DNA of 64,000 bases from Eledone cirrhosa (lineage: Eukaryota), in assembly GCA_964016885.1 (NCBI GenBank), contig OZ024741.1, forward strand, positions 358,298,001 to 358,362,000, given 5' to 3'. The notes under the pieces were generated by a model. The model did no database searches and was not told the DNA's origin. It saw only the letters and a list, made by a program, of their open reading frames with translations. The translations under genes and the position numbers were made by a program. This document shows positions 15,792 through 28,008 of the stretch, one piece after another; within the stretch, counting starts at the first letter, position 1, and every line of letters begins with the position of its first letter.

Positions 15792-16397
15792 TGGTGGCTG
15801 CCAACTCGTTTTCGAGTACGGCCACTACTTTATATCCATGTAGGAGAACCCCTACCGATGCGCTGAACGAGTGTGACTTTTTAGTCCAGCCAGCGACTTG
15901 AAAACTCTGGTACAAACACTACAGTTGTGACAATTATTGACACACAGTGCTGGGCCCATGGTACCATGTGATGACAAGTGTAGAGAGATCTCCAGATATA
16001 AAGCAATGCCTGTGCCGTGAAGCTTTTATAGTGAGCAAAGGCACTGCACAAAGCCAGTCCCACTCTCTTAACCAAGATGATATTTACCAAAAAGAAGAAC
16101 AAGTCAACATCATTGAATACCATCAGGGTTGCAGGTGTTATATCAGAGTTTTCCTTCTAGAATTCTGCCTTGACAAAGGCTAAGGGGTCATCTCTCCCGG
16201 TGATTTTGGATGGCCATTGACTCTTAAGAGCTCCTTTGCCCTTTGACAGGTTTTGTTTTTATTCCTGCAGGATGTCCAAAGTCACCCTCCTCTCCAAGAA
16301 ACCTTGGTGGGGTTGCCAGTTTAGTCGCCAACGACCCGACCATGGGACAGGTTGTACTGGGATACATGTTACCAGTAGCACCAACTGGTGACCTGAC
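15792..16397 (-). mobile_element. ~600-bp non-coding LINE-derived element in (TACA)n, copy B (longest)
   Basis: Direct copy of 12957-13557 with about 15 more nt at its 5' end. Confidence 0.75.
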
Positions 16398-16474
16398 ATA
16401 CATACATATATACATACATACACATATATACATATATGTATACATACATACATGTTTATGTATATATATATATA

Positions 16475-18144
16475 CAAACTGAGGTACCCAGCTTCGCCAG
16501 GGTAAAAAAATGATAAGAGAAGACCGGAGAAAACGTCTGTATTGAATGCATTGTCTTATTTACAGTGTGTGTGTATTGTGTTTGTGTATATATATATATG
16601 TGTGTGTGTGTGTGTGAGAGTGTTCCTCTGTGTGTCTATATATATATATGTGTGTGTGTGTGCCTGTGTGAGTGATCGTGTGTGTGCCTGTGTGAGTGTT
16701 CGTGTGTGTGTGTAAACCACCGTTGGAATCGGAGACATAAGGACGCGAAACACGATCATCACTGACAACGAACTCGAGAGAGAATCCCTTATGGTTGATT
16801 GTCAACCTGCTAGAAATAGCAGTCAGGTTGGTTAGCATACGTGGTATGTCTTTCTTCTTCTTTGGTGTTATAAAATTAGTATCAATAAACTTTCTTGGAT
16901 ATACTCTTATCCCAATCCTGTACATACTTTCCGAGTGTCACTTCGCTTTTTTTTCGTGTGATACGCGAAGGAACCAACCAACAAACATCTCTCTTTTATA
17001 TCTCTTTTATTTGTTCATTCAAAATATTTTCCAGCTAATTCTGTCATACAATATACATCAGCAAACGTTATCTAATGTTTAAAACAGATGAATAGCTGCG
17101 ATATATGCACCATATTAATCAAAAACGATATGAGAATTGAATACCATACTAAAGCGCCAGTAAGCTTGCTAAGAACCTGAAGATAGAAATGTTAATAAAT
17201 ACAACATTTGGCTTGGGTAAACTTTAAGATGTTCTTTCATTGTAGGTTTCTTTTCTCAGCCAGTACGTTAAAGAAAATTGATAGTTACAACAATAAAGGT
17301 TGAACAGAGAACACATTTTTTAACAAACTTTACATTAATTTGTACAACCATCATGGAAATTCCAAGTAACAGAAAATACATAAATTACATTTTTAGAGCC
17401 TCAGAGTATACAATATTTTTTGTTCGGCTCTCGGGAGCAAAGATGAAGAGATTGTTTGGCGAGCTCACCCTAGAGCATCCTACATACAGTTGACCATGGT
17501 TTTCCCAGATGAAGGCCAGCCACTTTTAGGGTTTGACCCTGAGCTTTGTTGATGGTATTCGCGAAGCTTAGTCTCTCTGTTGCTCTAGAAACATTTTTTC
17601 TTCTGGAAAATCTGATCTTGCGGCCAGGCTAGGACCTTTTGGGTGGCATATCGGCAGTAACAATGAGGATAAGCCGCCTGTGCTTTCGTGAAATAAATAC
17701 GTTTGTTTATATTTTGTTTTTGGGTATGCGAAAATATCTGTACACGAATATATAATTATATATTAAAATAATAGATTAAAGTTTAAGCAAAGAATCGCTG
17801 CTTTCACCCGTAACGGGATCTTCTGAAACTGAAAAAATCAATCTGTGAACGCAGAAGTAAATATTTCGAAAAACGTTGCAGCCGAAAGAAAACAGGAAGA
17901 TGATACTTTGGTTCGTGAAGATGTTAGGAATGTCGTATAACCGGAAGTGTTGACATTTGAAAATTTTAAAGAAGTGAATATTTAAATAATGTCTTTAATC
18001 TTTTAACAAAATTCAGTAGACAAAAATGCCCTCAATTTCTTACTTGGAAAAAGTTGCATCTATGGTGCAAATTTGGTGCCGTTTGTGCCAGCCGCTTGGC
18101 AGAAAGTTTGTTACTTACATATGGCCGTCAGCTTTATAGTATAG

Positions 18145-18145
<1 letters not shown>
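16475..18145 (-). mobile_element. Non-autonomous Helitron-like element
   Basis: Minus 5' end TCTATACTATAAAGCTGACGG at 18145; minus 3' hairpin accctggcgaagctgggt near 16486-16503, terminal CTAG degenerate. Confidence 0.5.
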
Positions 18146-18216
<71 letters not shown>

Positions 18217-18324
18217 TAAAATAACAGATTAAAGTTTAAGCAAAGAGTCGCTGCTTTGACCCTTAACGGGATCTTCTGAAACTTTTGGATTTTAGTCTTC
18301 AAATTTATTATTATTACTAGTGCA

Positions 18325-18450
18325 TTACTGGTACTTTATTTTATCGACCCCATAAGGATGAAAGGCAAAGTTAACCTCGGCGGGATTCGAACTCAGAATG
18401 GCAAGGGCCGTAACTCTGTGCGTCAAACTCTCTACCGATACTGCCAATCC
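18325..18450 (-). mobile_element. tRNA-derived SINE, family A
   Basis: Same core as 2870, 25075, 33485, 34795, 58780, 60880, 63030. Confidence 0.85.
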
Positions 18451-18592
18451 AGAGGTAAATAATGTATTGCAGATCGAGTGACGCAACTTCAAGCGATTAG
18501 CGACCTCTAGACTCACCTGATCAACGAAACAATTGTCAGTACTTGAAATAAAGCCCCTTATTGTACAGCCAGCCATGTTACTCTTCATTCTT

Positions 18593-18631
<39 letters not shown>

Positions 18632-18674
18632 TTTAGTAAGTAAGTTAATTTTTATAATTTTCTTATTTTACGTC

Positions 18675-18822
<148 letters not shown>

Positions 18823-18855
18823 CATAGATATATATACATATAAAAATAAAATTGG

Positions 18856-19230
18856 CCTTCATCAGGACTGTATACCTCTACCAATCTGTTGAACAGTTGA
18901 AAATATATAGTAACCGCATCTATGTATGAACTGTGCTAGGGCGAGAAATAAAATTCTGATCTTAATTTTAGTTTTCGGCACTGTCAGCCGTAACTCGCTC
19001 AGTATGCAAATGAGGCTACTCAGCCGATGTGTAATTAAGAAAATACTATATATTTTCAACCGTTCAACAGATTGGCAGAGGTACACAGTCCTGATGAAGG
19101 ATAATGACCCAGAAACATGATGATTGTTCCTCAATGCCAGTGTTGAACAAACGGATGACGATTTGTCATCGGCGCGGCACAGCTTTAATCGGGTTGTTTG
19201 TTTACAAACGAATCGATTATTATCTATATA
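18856..19230. mobile_element. PLE-like inverted cassette with degenerate hammerhead
   Basis: 18856-18912 inverted at 19044-19100; cagtc CTGATGA agg ataatga ccca GAAAcatga t gattg at 19086-19126 (stem I intact, cleavage site decayed). Confidence 0.6.
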
Positions 19231-20054
19231 TAATATAAAAGTGAGATGTTTATTGGTTGGTTGGTTGAATCACACGAAAATTACACATACGCACACATCT
19301 AAAGAGAGAGAGAGAGAAGCCGTTATACAGAGAGAGATACAATTAAAGTGTCAAATATTCAGAGAGAGAGAAAACGAGAGAACGAGAGAGAGAGAGAGAA
19401 AGAGAGTGAGAGAGAGAGAGAGAGAGAGAGAATATAAACAATGCTTTCTATTGATTGAACGTTTTATTTTCACGTAAGCCAGAAATGATTGCCTCTGGTT
19501 TCAATAGTTCAATGAAACTGAAAGATCGTGTATTTGATAAGCAATATAGTTTAAATGAACGAAAAAAAAACTAAACCAGAAGAAATACTTTCCTTGAAAA
19601 CCTAAGTTTGAATATAAGCTAGTCGCATTTTGTGACCCCATTTTGGTTCCTAACTGAAATCATACAATGTAGAATACGAATAGCGTCGGAATCAATAATA
19701 ATTGTATACAGTGGCGGACTGGCCAGGTTGCCAGGTTGCCCAATGGCGAGTGGGCCACGGTGGCATTGCAAGAGCCCACAGTAGCATTGCAGGGCTCACT
19801 GTAGTATTTTAGGGGCCAATGCGTTCCTTTCAAAAAATACCTGAAATCTAAAAGAAAGAATCAAATTAAAAAAATAATAAATAAAACAATTAAGCAAAAC
19901 ATTTGGTCAATCAATTTCTCGGGGAATTAATAGAAACCAAAATATATGATAGCGCAAATAGGTGGAATCAGTGATTGTACATACTACTAAACCTAAAGCT
20001 TAGTGTATTCATTCATGCATGGAAACATACATATATATAGACACAGGCATACAA

Positions 20055-20135
<81 letters not shown>

Positions 20136-20856
20136 CACCGAATTCACAGACTAGATTCCTTCTTCCTCCCGTTAGGCCTGTACGGAATTCCTTCCTTGCT
20201 CACATTCCAACCAGGTTTGATGGTCTTTATTCTCTCTCGTTCACGATTTCACCGAACTTATATTCATGGAAATTTGGGACTTGACTCGTTCTTCCTCATT
20301 TTTCGTTGCTTCACCATCTTTGTTTGTTTACACTCTCATGTCTCCTTTATTTACGTGTCCCAACGACTTTTTTTAGCCGTTGCTCGCACCAACCGGAGGT
20401 ATATGGTCTTTAAAGCGATGAAATATCAATGATGGTTGGAAGATCACTGATGAAGGACTAACTTTATTCATATATATATATATATATACTTACACACAAA
20501 CTACTGACCAAATAATATTTGGTATCAATGGGTTAAAGACATCTGTCAAATCAATTAGTGGAGAAGGTGGTGTATACACACAGACATACACACACACACA
20601 CATATATGAGTGAGTGTCAAAGATCAAAGGTCATTATTGAAAGTCTCTGGATTTCGCAAAATACATATTTTTTATTGGAGAAGGTAAGATATTTTTCCTC
20701 AAAAATTTGATTTCACTGTTTTGTTTCCACTTATGTATTTTTTGAAATTGTTATTTATTATAAAAATTAAATGATAGCATTCTATATGTAGGTGGGCCCA
20801 TTTCATCTGGCAACCAATATTTTTAGACCTAGTCCGCCACTGTATATATACATATA

Positions 20857-21512
20857 CGAGGTGTGTCAGAAAAGTTCCAGGACTGATGTCACAAAAGATT
20901 TATTTCAAATCCAAACTTCACACTAAGAGTGTTCTCCTTCAAAGTAATCCCCCTGGAGTATGTAACTGTAATCTTAGCTCTCTGCAGCGATCAAACTTTT
21001 TTATTCATAATTTTATATATGTCCTCTGATTCAGGTCGTCAAGCAATGAGCACAGAGCAACGAACAAACTTGAAGTTTCAGGTACGGTTGGGGAAAACTC
21101 CGTCAGAAGCACTGGGATTGCTGCAACAAGTGTATGGAGATGAGACGATGTCACGCTCACGTGTTTTTGAGTGGTGCAAGATGACCCCAGGAGTGGAAGG
21201 CCCTCAACAACCAGGACTGAGGTCAACGTTGAGCGCGTTAGGCAGATGGTGCGTAGCGATCGCCGGCTGACTGTTCGACTGATGGCAAATGAGCTGGGTA
21301 TTATTCGGGACAGCGTCTGGAAGATTCTCACTGAAGATTTTGACATGCGGAAAGTCTGCGCGAAGATGGTGCCAAAACTGCTGAACGATGACTGAAGGGT
21401 CGACGCATGCAAGTGTACCAGGACATCCTCGAGCGTCTTGAAACCGAACCAGACTTGCTCGGGATAGTCATCACCGGTGATGAGTCATGGATATTTGAGT
21501 ACGACCCTGAGG
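20857..21512 (+). pseudogene. mariner transposase relic (5' half)
   Basis: TA-CGAGGTGTGTCAGAAAAGT TIR; EQRTNLKF..LGKTPSEA..VYGDETMSRSRVFEW; DDPRSGRP; KVCAKMVPKLL; VITGDESWIFEYDPE; frameshifts and stop. Confidence 0.92.
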
Positions 21513-21612
21513 GTACCCGTTCTGAAGACGTGTAAGTTTGAATCTAACATGTAAAAACATATATATAGGAATAAGGTAAGCCCAAATCACAGTAGAGTCA
21601 AATATCACAGAA

Positions 21613-21683
<71 letters not shown>

Positions 21684-21774
21684 GGAACAGAAATGAAACA
21701 TGGATTACAGGTTAAAATATAGTCTAGATAGATTAGAAACAAAACGAAGATGTAGTTTATGGAACACCCAAATT

Positions 21775-22235
21775 ATTTAGAAGTCACCCTTAAGTAGGAG
21801 CAATAACATTAAGAAAGACATGAACGACACCACATCATTTTGTTTTGAAAATTTAGAAAGTAGGTTTATAAGTATGAATTTTCAGTATATTTTCGTAGTT
21901 GTCTCTGTGGCCTAGCGGTAGGTACTAGAGACGGTGGAGATCTTGTCTTTGGGTTTAATCCTGGTCAAGAGGTACATGTAAGCTTTCTCAGTTTTTATTT
22001 TACACCCAATAGAAAAAAACTGAATAGGTTCACATGGAACCCTATTCCCGACCAGGATCGAACTTCAGACTTGGATCACCACCGTCTTTGATTCCTCCAG
22101 TTAGGCCACGGAGACAGCTACAAAAGTATAATGAAAATTGACAATTATAAACCTACTTTCAAAATCAAAGTTTAAAATATGTGGTATCGTTAATGGATTT
22201 CCTAGAGGTATTAATAATATTTAGGGTCAATTTCT
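21775..22235. repeat. Old foldback element with tRNA-like heads in both arms
   Basis: gaaagtaggtttataa..gtagttgtctctgtggcctagcggtagg..agacggtgg..tcctggtc inverted at gaccaggatcgaac..ccaccgtct..taggccacggagacagctac..ttataaacctactttc. Confidence 0.7.
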
Positions 22236-22504
22236 GGTCATTATATATATATATATATTGAGTGAGTGTGAAAGACCAAAGGTCATTATTGGAAGTCTCT
22301 GGATTTCGCAAAATACATAACAATTTTTATTGGAGAAGGTAAGATATGTTTCAGCAAAAATTTGATTGCACTGTTTTGATTCCACTTATGTATTTTTCGA
22401 AAATGTTATTTATTCATTAGAAAAATTAAATGATAGCATTCTATATGTAGCTGGGCCCCCTCCATCTCCTGGCAACCAATATTTTTAGACCCAGTCCGCC
22501 ACTG

Positions 22505-22559
<55 letters not shown>

Positions 22560-22759
22560 TATTTTCCGTTAATATTCTCTATAAAAACTAAATAGGTCCT
22601 CAGTAATATTATTCTGATGAAATGACAGTAAATAATAACATTGAAATATTGAATGTCTGCATAACTAAAAGTTTGTAGATAGCTGTTTTAGGTTATGTAA
22701 CTGTTATAGAAACACGTGTCAATAAATTCCTTTCAACTAAACTGTATCCATTCAAATCT

Positions 22760-22830
<71 letters not shown>

Positions 22831-22982
22831 TTGTTATACTTTGGGAGGGTCATGTTGCCAATAAAAACACACGCACCAGTTGCTTTCACTTCAATTTATT
22901 ATAAATTAAATTAATAAATTTAGGAATTTATAAATTTCCGGTTGGTTGGTTGGTTCCACAACCAGACGATTGTTCATATATT

Positions 22983-23025
22983 GTCAAAGTTCTTTCGTCA
23001 CACATTCTGTGACCTCTTCAGTGAC
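22983..23025 (-). ncRNA. Minimal type I hammerhead ribozyme
   Basis: Reverse complement of 23096-23138. Confidence 0.7.
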
Positions 23026-23095
23026 TGGGAATTCTTTTCTTTGTTTTTGTGCCTCTCCTTTGTTCTGTCCTACACCATCTTGAAAAGAATCCCCA

Positions 23096-23138
23096 GTCAC
23101 TGAAGAGGTCACAGAATGTGTGACGAAAGAACTTTGAC
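23096..23138 (+). ncRNA. Minimal type I hammerhead ribozyme
   Basis: gtca CTGAAGA g gtcac-agaatgt-gtgac GAAA gaac TT tgac: canonical core, 5-bp stem II, 4-bp stem I, very short stem III as in PLE hammerheads. Confidence 0.7.
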
Positions 23139-23262
23139 AATATATGAACAATCGTCTGGTTGTGGAACCAACCAACCGGAAATTTATAAATTCCTAAATT
23201 TATAAATTTAATTTATAATAAATTGAAGTTAAAGCAACTGGTGCGTATATATATATATATAT

Positions 23263-23703
23263 ATTAGAATTGGAGCTAGCTCTGAAATAGAAATATATAT
23301 ATGAATGTATATATAATGTATTTTGCAACACACTTTATGCTTAATTATGCTTAATTAAAAGCATTTTGAAGACCGTATGCTATTGTTTTAGAGTAGTGAC
23401 AAACTCACTTACTTTAATCTCAGCAAACAAGGGGAGATAAGCCGACAAGGCCTTGTTTCGCATTTATTGATGCTTATCAAGGCTAACTACTCCCTCCTGT
23501 CTACTGAGAATACTGATGTTATATTCTTATAGAATTCTAGTAAATAATCAGGAACTGATTATACAGAGCGGTTGCCGGTCGGGCAGAAATTAAAAATTAG
23601 ATTAAAGTAAGTGAGTTTGTCACTACTCTAAAACAATAGCACACGGTCTTCAAAATGCTTTTAATTAAGCATAAAGTGTATTTCAAAATACATTATATAT
23701 ACA

Positions 23704-23706
<3 letters not shown>
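23263..23706. mobile_element. Diverged copy of the 317-bp retrozyme-like monomer (minus unit then short plus arm)
   Basis: Clearly homologous to 14361-14746; orientation flips near 23600. Confidence 0.85.
23419..23508 (-). ncRNA. Type I hammerhead ribozyme (U3-A8 variant), covarying homolog
   Basis: rc: agcc TTGATAA gcat-caataa-atgc GAAA caaggccttg TC ggct; compensatory changes in stems II and III relative to the 14.8 kb copies. Confidence 0.8.
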
Positions 23707-23771
<65 letters not shown>

Positions 23772-23937
23772 TAAGTATGTTTTGAAACAGTGAGTAGGTT
23801 TGAAATTAGAAAATAGAATAGCTTTCACCGTATTTTTGACTAAAGGAATTTTAGCCTGATAATGGAGTTTAGAACCCTCAGATAAATGGAAAAAGATGAG
23901 TATTGACGTACATGTAAGTCAAAAATACGGTGAAAGC

Positions 23938-24177
<240 letters not shown>

Positions 24178-24427
24178 AGGGAGTGTAACAGGAAGTTACT
24201 GTAGGTTCACCCAGTTGAGCATTCGAGGTTTAGGTTCATGTCAGTGGCGAGGTGTAGAGCTAAACAGAGTGTAATATAATAATACAAGAAGGATTTGTTA
24301 AGCCTTTATTACGTTTATTGATTGGTGATGCGCGTTTCGCTATTGATCAGCTCAAGGCCCGACTCTGGAGTGAAAAGCTCGTCGGACCTCTGTTGTAGTA
24401 ATGACAAAATGAATATATATATATATG

Positions 24428-24462
<35 letters not shown>

Positions 24463-24467
<5 letters not shown>

Positions 24468-24666
24468 AAAAGAGTCAGGACCCCGACGGCTGAGCTCCGG
24501 CTGTTTCGACAGCTAGATCCGAACAGTTCGGATCTAGCTGTCGAAACGGCCGGAGCTCAGCCGTCGGGGTCCTGAATCTTTTCCCATTACCCACTCTATT
24601 ACCTAAGTATTGAGTACTCTGGTGCGTTATGGTCTACCTGGTATCTTACCACACCCTCTTTGTTAT
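24463..24666. repeat. Foldback cassette in (TA)n carrying hammerhead 3' half
   Basis: 24465-24522 inverted at 24526-24584; gtcGAAAcggc..gccgTCgggg; right arm longer; homolog of 6490-6680. Confidence 0.75.
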
Positions 24667-25074
24667 ATATATATATATATACTCATATACACATATATAT
24701 TCAAACACACACACACACACACATTTATATTTAAAAGTTGTCCCCCAAAAAATGTATTCAACAGCATTCTAATAAATATTACCTGTACAGGTAATAAAAG
24801 TGGTGTATACAATTTTTAGAGTACACCCTGTATATATCTGTCGTTATGTTATTTCTATTTTTACTTATTTATATTTTAATTATTTCTTGATTTCTTTTAT
24901 TGATAGATTATGAAGAAATATGACAGAAAATTTTCATATGTTGGGCGTTGGTTTTCTATGAGGGTGACGCATGCTTTGTATGCTAGTGTTGTTCTGTATT
25001 TAGGCTTAATTTTAATTGGATGTTTGTTCGGGAGATACATATGTATGTGTGTGTGAGTAAATAATGATTTCTAG

Positions 25075-25250
25075 CATAGGCACAAGGCCAGTAAGTTGGG
25101 GAAGGGGATGTCAATTAAATCGACCCAGTATTTCACTGGTACTTTATTTTATCGACCCCGTAAGGATGAGAGGCAAAGTTAACCTCGGTGGGGTTTGAAC
25201 TCAGATCGGAAAGCATGGCGTCCGACCCTCTGCCGATGCCGCCAATCCAC
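25075..25250 (-). mobile_element. tRNA-derived SINE, family A
   Basis: Family A core. Confidence 0.85.
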
Positions 25251-25675
25251 CGTCCTGTGTGTGTGTAACTAATTAAAAATAGAAATAACATAACAACAGA
25301 TATATACAGTTTGTCTCCCCAAAATTGTATACACCATTGCCAGAAATAATAAACAGAACACACTCACTGTTTAATAATAAACACACAATTTCATATCAAA
25401 AACCTTGCAAAACAAATTCATCGCCGTCACGGCATTAGCTTATGCCAAGCTGAAAGGTTATTGAAAGATACTGTTTTATATTTGTTTCGACACACGATTT
25501 CATATAAAACACCTGGCAAAACAAATATATATTTATGTAAGTATTAGGGATATTTAATTTGTTGGAAATTCAACAAATATAAATGTTTATAACTGATTCA
25601 GAGCACTCGACAGTTTTCTGGAGTAAATATTCAATGATATTAAATAAATGGAAACTATATTTATAAAACCATATT

Positions 25676-25737
25676 TATTCTATTATATATATTTCAAGGG
25701 TACCAAAAACTTTGGTACGCTTTCATCAGATAAAATA
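25676..25737 (-). ncRNA. Type I hammerhead ribozyme
   Basis: Reverse complement of 25831-25892 with a change only in the stem II loop. Confidence 0.75.
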
Positions 25738-25830
25738 CAAAGTGTGTTTTATAAATTTTACTATCCAAGGAAAATTCAACTGATAAGGTATGTTTCCTTG
25801 GCTATGTAAAAATTTATAAAACACACTTTG

Positions 25831-25892
25831 TATTTTATCTGATGAAAGCGTACCAAAGTTGTTGGTACCCTTGAAATATATATAATAGAATA
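25831..25892 (+). ncRNA. Type I hammerhead ribozyme
   Basis: tattttat CTGATGA aag c gtaccaa-agttg-ttggtac c ctt GAAA tatata TA atagaata: 8-bp stem I, long stem II, palindromic stem III. Confidence 0.8.
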
Positions 25893-26374
25893 AATATCAT
25901 TTTATAAATATAGTTTCCATTTATTTAATATCATTGTATATATATATATATAGATAAGAATATTTATATTTATATATGTTTGATATAACTATAAATATGT
26001 AGGGTAGTACTAAGTACTAGCTGGTTTTGACTGTATTGACTCTGCACTGTACACCGATTTTCCTTGCTTATAACTTTTTTGCCTGTGTTTTTTTTGCTTG
26101 TGATTTTTTTTGCTTGTGCTTTTTACCTATTACACTTTCAACAAGTGCTGCCTGTAATTGTGTTCTCTCAATATATACATGCTTACACTAACTTCACATA
26201 TATGTATGTATATATACATATAAGTGATATAATTGGAAAATTATGTCAATTATAATTGATAAATGTTGTCCAAAGCACTTCTGTATTTTCTTCATTTCGG
26301 TGAATGATTTCAATAAGTTGTGAGGTAAAAAATTTAATAAAGGAGTAAAATCGATTGAGTGTATTAGAGGCGCG

Positions 26375-26689
26375 TATACATACATACATACATACACACA
26401 TACATACATATACACATATATACATATATACATACATATATCATACATATATACATACATATATACATATATACATACATATGTACATACACGCATACAT
26501 ATATTCATACATACATATATACATTCATATATACATACATATATACATACACGCATACATACACGCATATATACATATATTCATACATATATTCATACAT
26601 ATATACATACATATACATACATATATACATGCATAGATACATATATACATACATACATATATACATACATATATTCATACATACATACA

Positions 26690-26722
<33 letters not shown>

Positions 26723-26951
26723 TCATACATATATATTCATGCATATATTCATACATACATATATGCATACATATTCATACATATATATATTCATACATAC
26801 ATTCATGCATACATACATATATTCATACATATATATATATTCATACATATATTCATACATATATTCATACATATATTCATATATACGTACATACAGACAT
26901 ACATACATACATATATATATCTATATTCATACATACACACATACTCACACA

Positions 26952-27035
<84 letters not shown>
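26375..27035. repeat. Compound (TACA)/(TA)/(CA) microsatellite, representative of dozens in the window
   Basis: Direct inspection; similar tracts at 12047-12270, 12769-12953, 13679-14360, 18679-18840, 23940-24175. Confidence 0.97.
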
Positions 27036-27769
27036 ACACATGAAATATAATTGATAAATGATATCAAAAGTTTTCTATGTTTTCTAGATTTCACCGCTTC
27101 ATATCACTTCAAAGAGAAGTTAAAGAAGCATGACGGAATATGCTTTTTGATTTTTGTATTTTCACGTAGGAAGTTAATTGTTAGTCATTGGAGTGGTTTA
27201 ACGAAGTTCAACAAATCATGCATTAAGAAAGCAATTTTGAGAAACATCCTTACCTACAAAAATGTTTCTTCTTTCTTCAGATATAAGTCAGTCGGATTTT
27301 GTGACCTGGTCCAGGTCCCTTATTGGAGCTATGTCCTATATAACGCGAAGGGATTTCAGACAGACAAATAATAATAATTCCAAATAACACCCTCCCCCCA
27401 TATATATATATAATGAAAGAGTAAGGAATAACATGGTCGGCTGTACAAAAAGGGTTTATTTACAGTATTAACAATTGTTTCATTAATCAGGTGAGTCTAA
27501 AGGCGGTTGATCGCTAGAAATGACGTCACTTGACCTTAATTACAGTGTGTGTCTCTGAGAAAATCATCAGTATATTGTGCAACCGACCATGTTATTCCTT
27601 ACTCTTTCACTATTATTATTCCAAGAACCACCTGCATGGGAATTCTCTTAAACTCGCCACCCGACTAAAGAAACTTGTTGTTGAGTCAAACAACGGCGTA
27701 CGTTAAAACTATCCTCAACCTCTAGCTGCATTACCTTAAACGATACCTTGTTATCCTATATATATATAC

Positions 27770-27823
<54 letters not shown>

Positions 27824-27829
<6 letters not shown>

Positions 27830-28008
27830 TGAGATTCTACAGGACTAGAACTGTTTCATTCTTTAGAAATCATCAGGATTCCTGATGATTTCTAAAGAAT
27901 GAAACAGTTCTAGTCCTGTAGAATCTCATCTATATTAAAACTTTTATACTCTGCAATGTATTGAGTACCTTACTTACTGTGGTTACCTCCGATTCAACCC
28001 GGAATAAC

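Larger units (their letters stand above)
19709..22504. mobile_element. hAT-type non-autonomous DNA transposon with nested insertions
   Basis: TIR CAGTGGCGGACTGG / CCAGTCCGCCACTG and exact 8-bp TSD ATTGTATA (19701-19708, 22505-22512); extra right end at 20608-20842. Confidence 0.85.
22830..23246. mobile_element. Palindromic twin-hammerhead cassette in (TA)n
   Basis: Arms 22871-23040 and 23082-23246 near-perfect inverted repeats around a ~41-bp spacer. Confidence 0.9.
25590..25936. mobile_element. Palindromic twin-hammerhead cassette
   Basis: 25632-25772 inverted at 25793-25936, ~20-bp spacer. Confidence 0.9.

Noticed and set aside
17760-18283. Hammerhead in the 70-bp direct repeat (rc CAGAAGA..GAAA); similar cases at 335-405, 740-805 and 33105
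   Set aside because: Core positions mutated and stems I/III do not close
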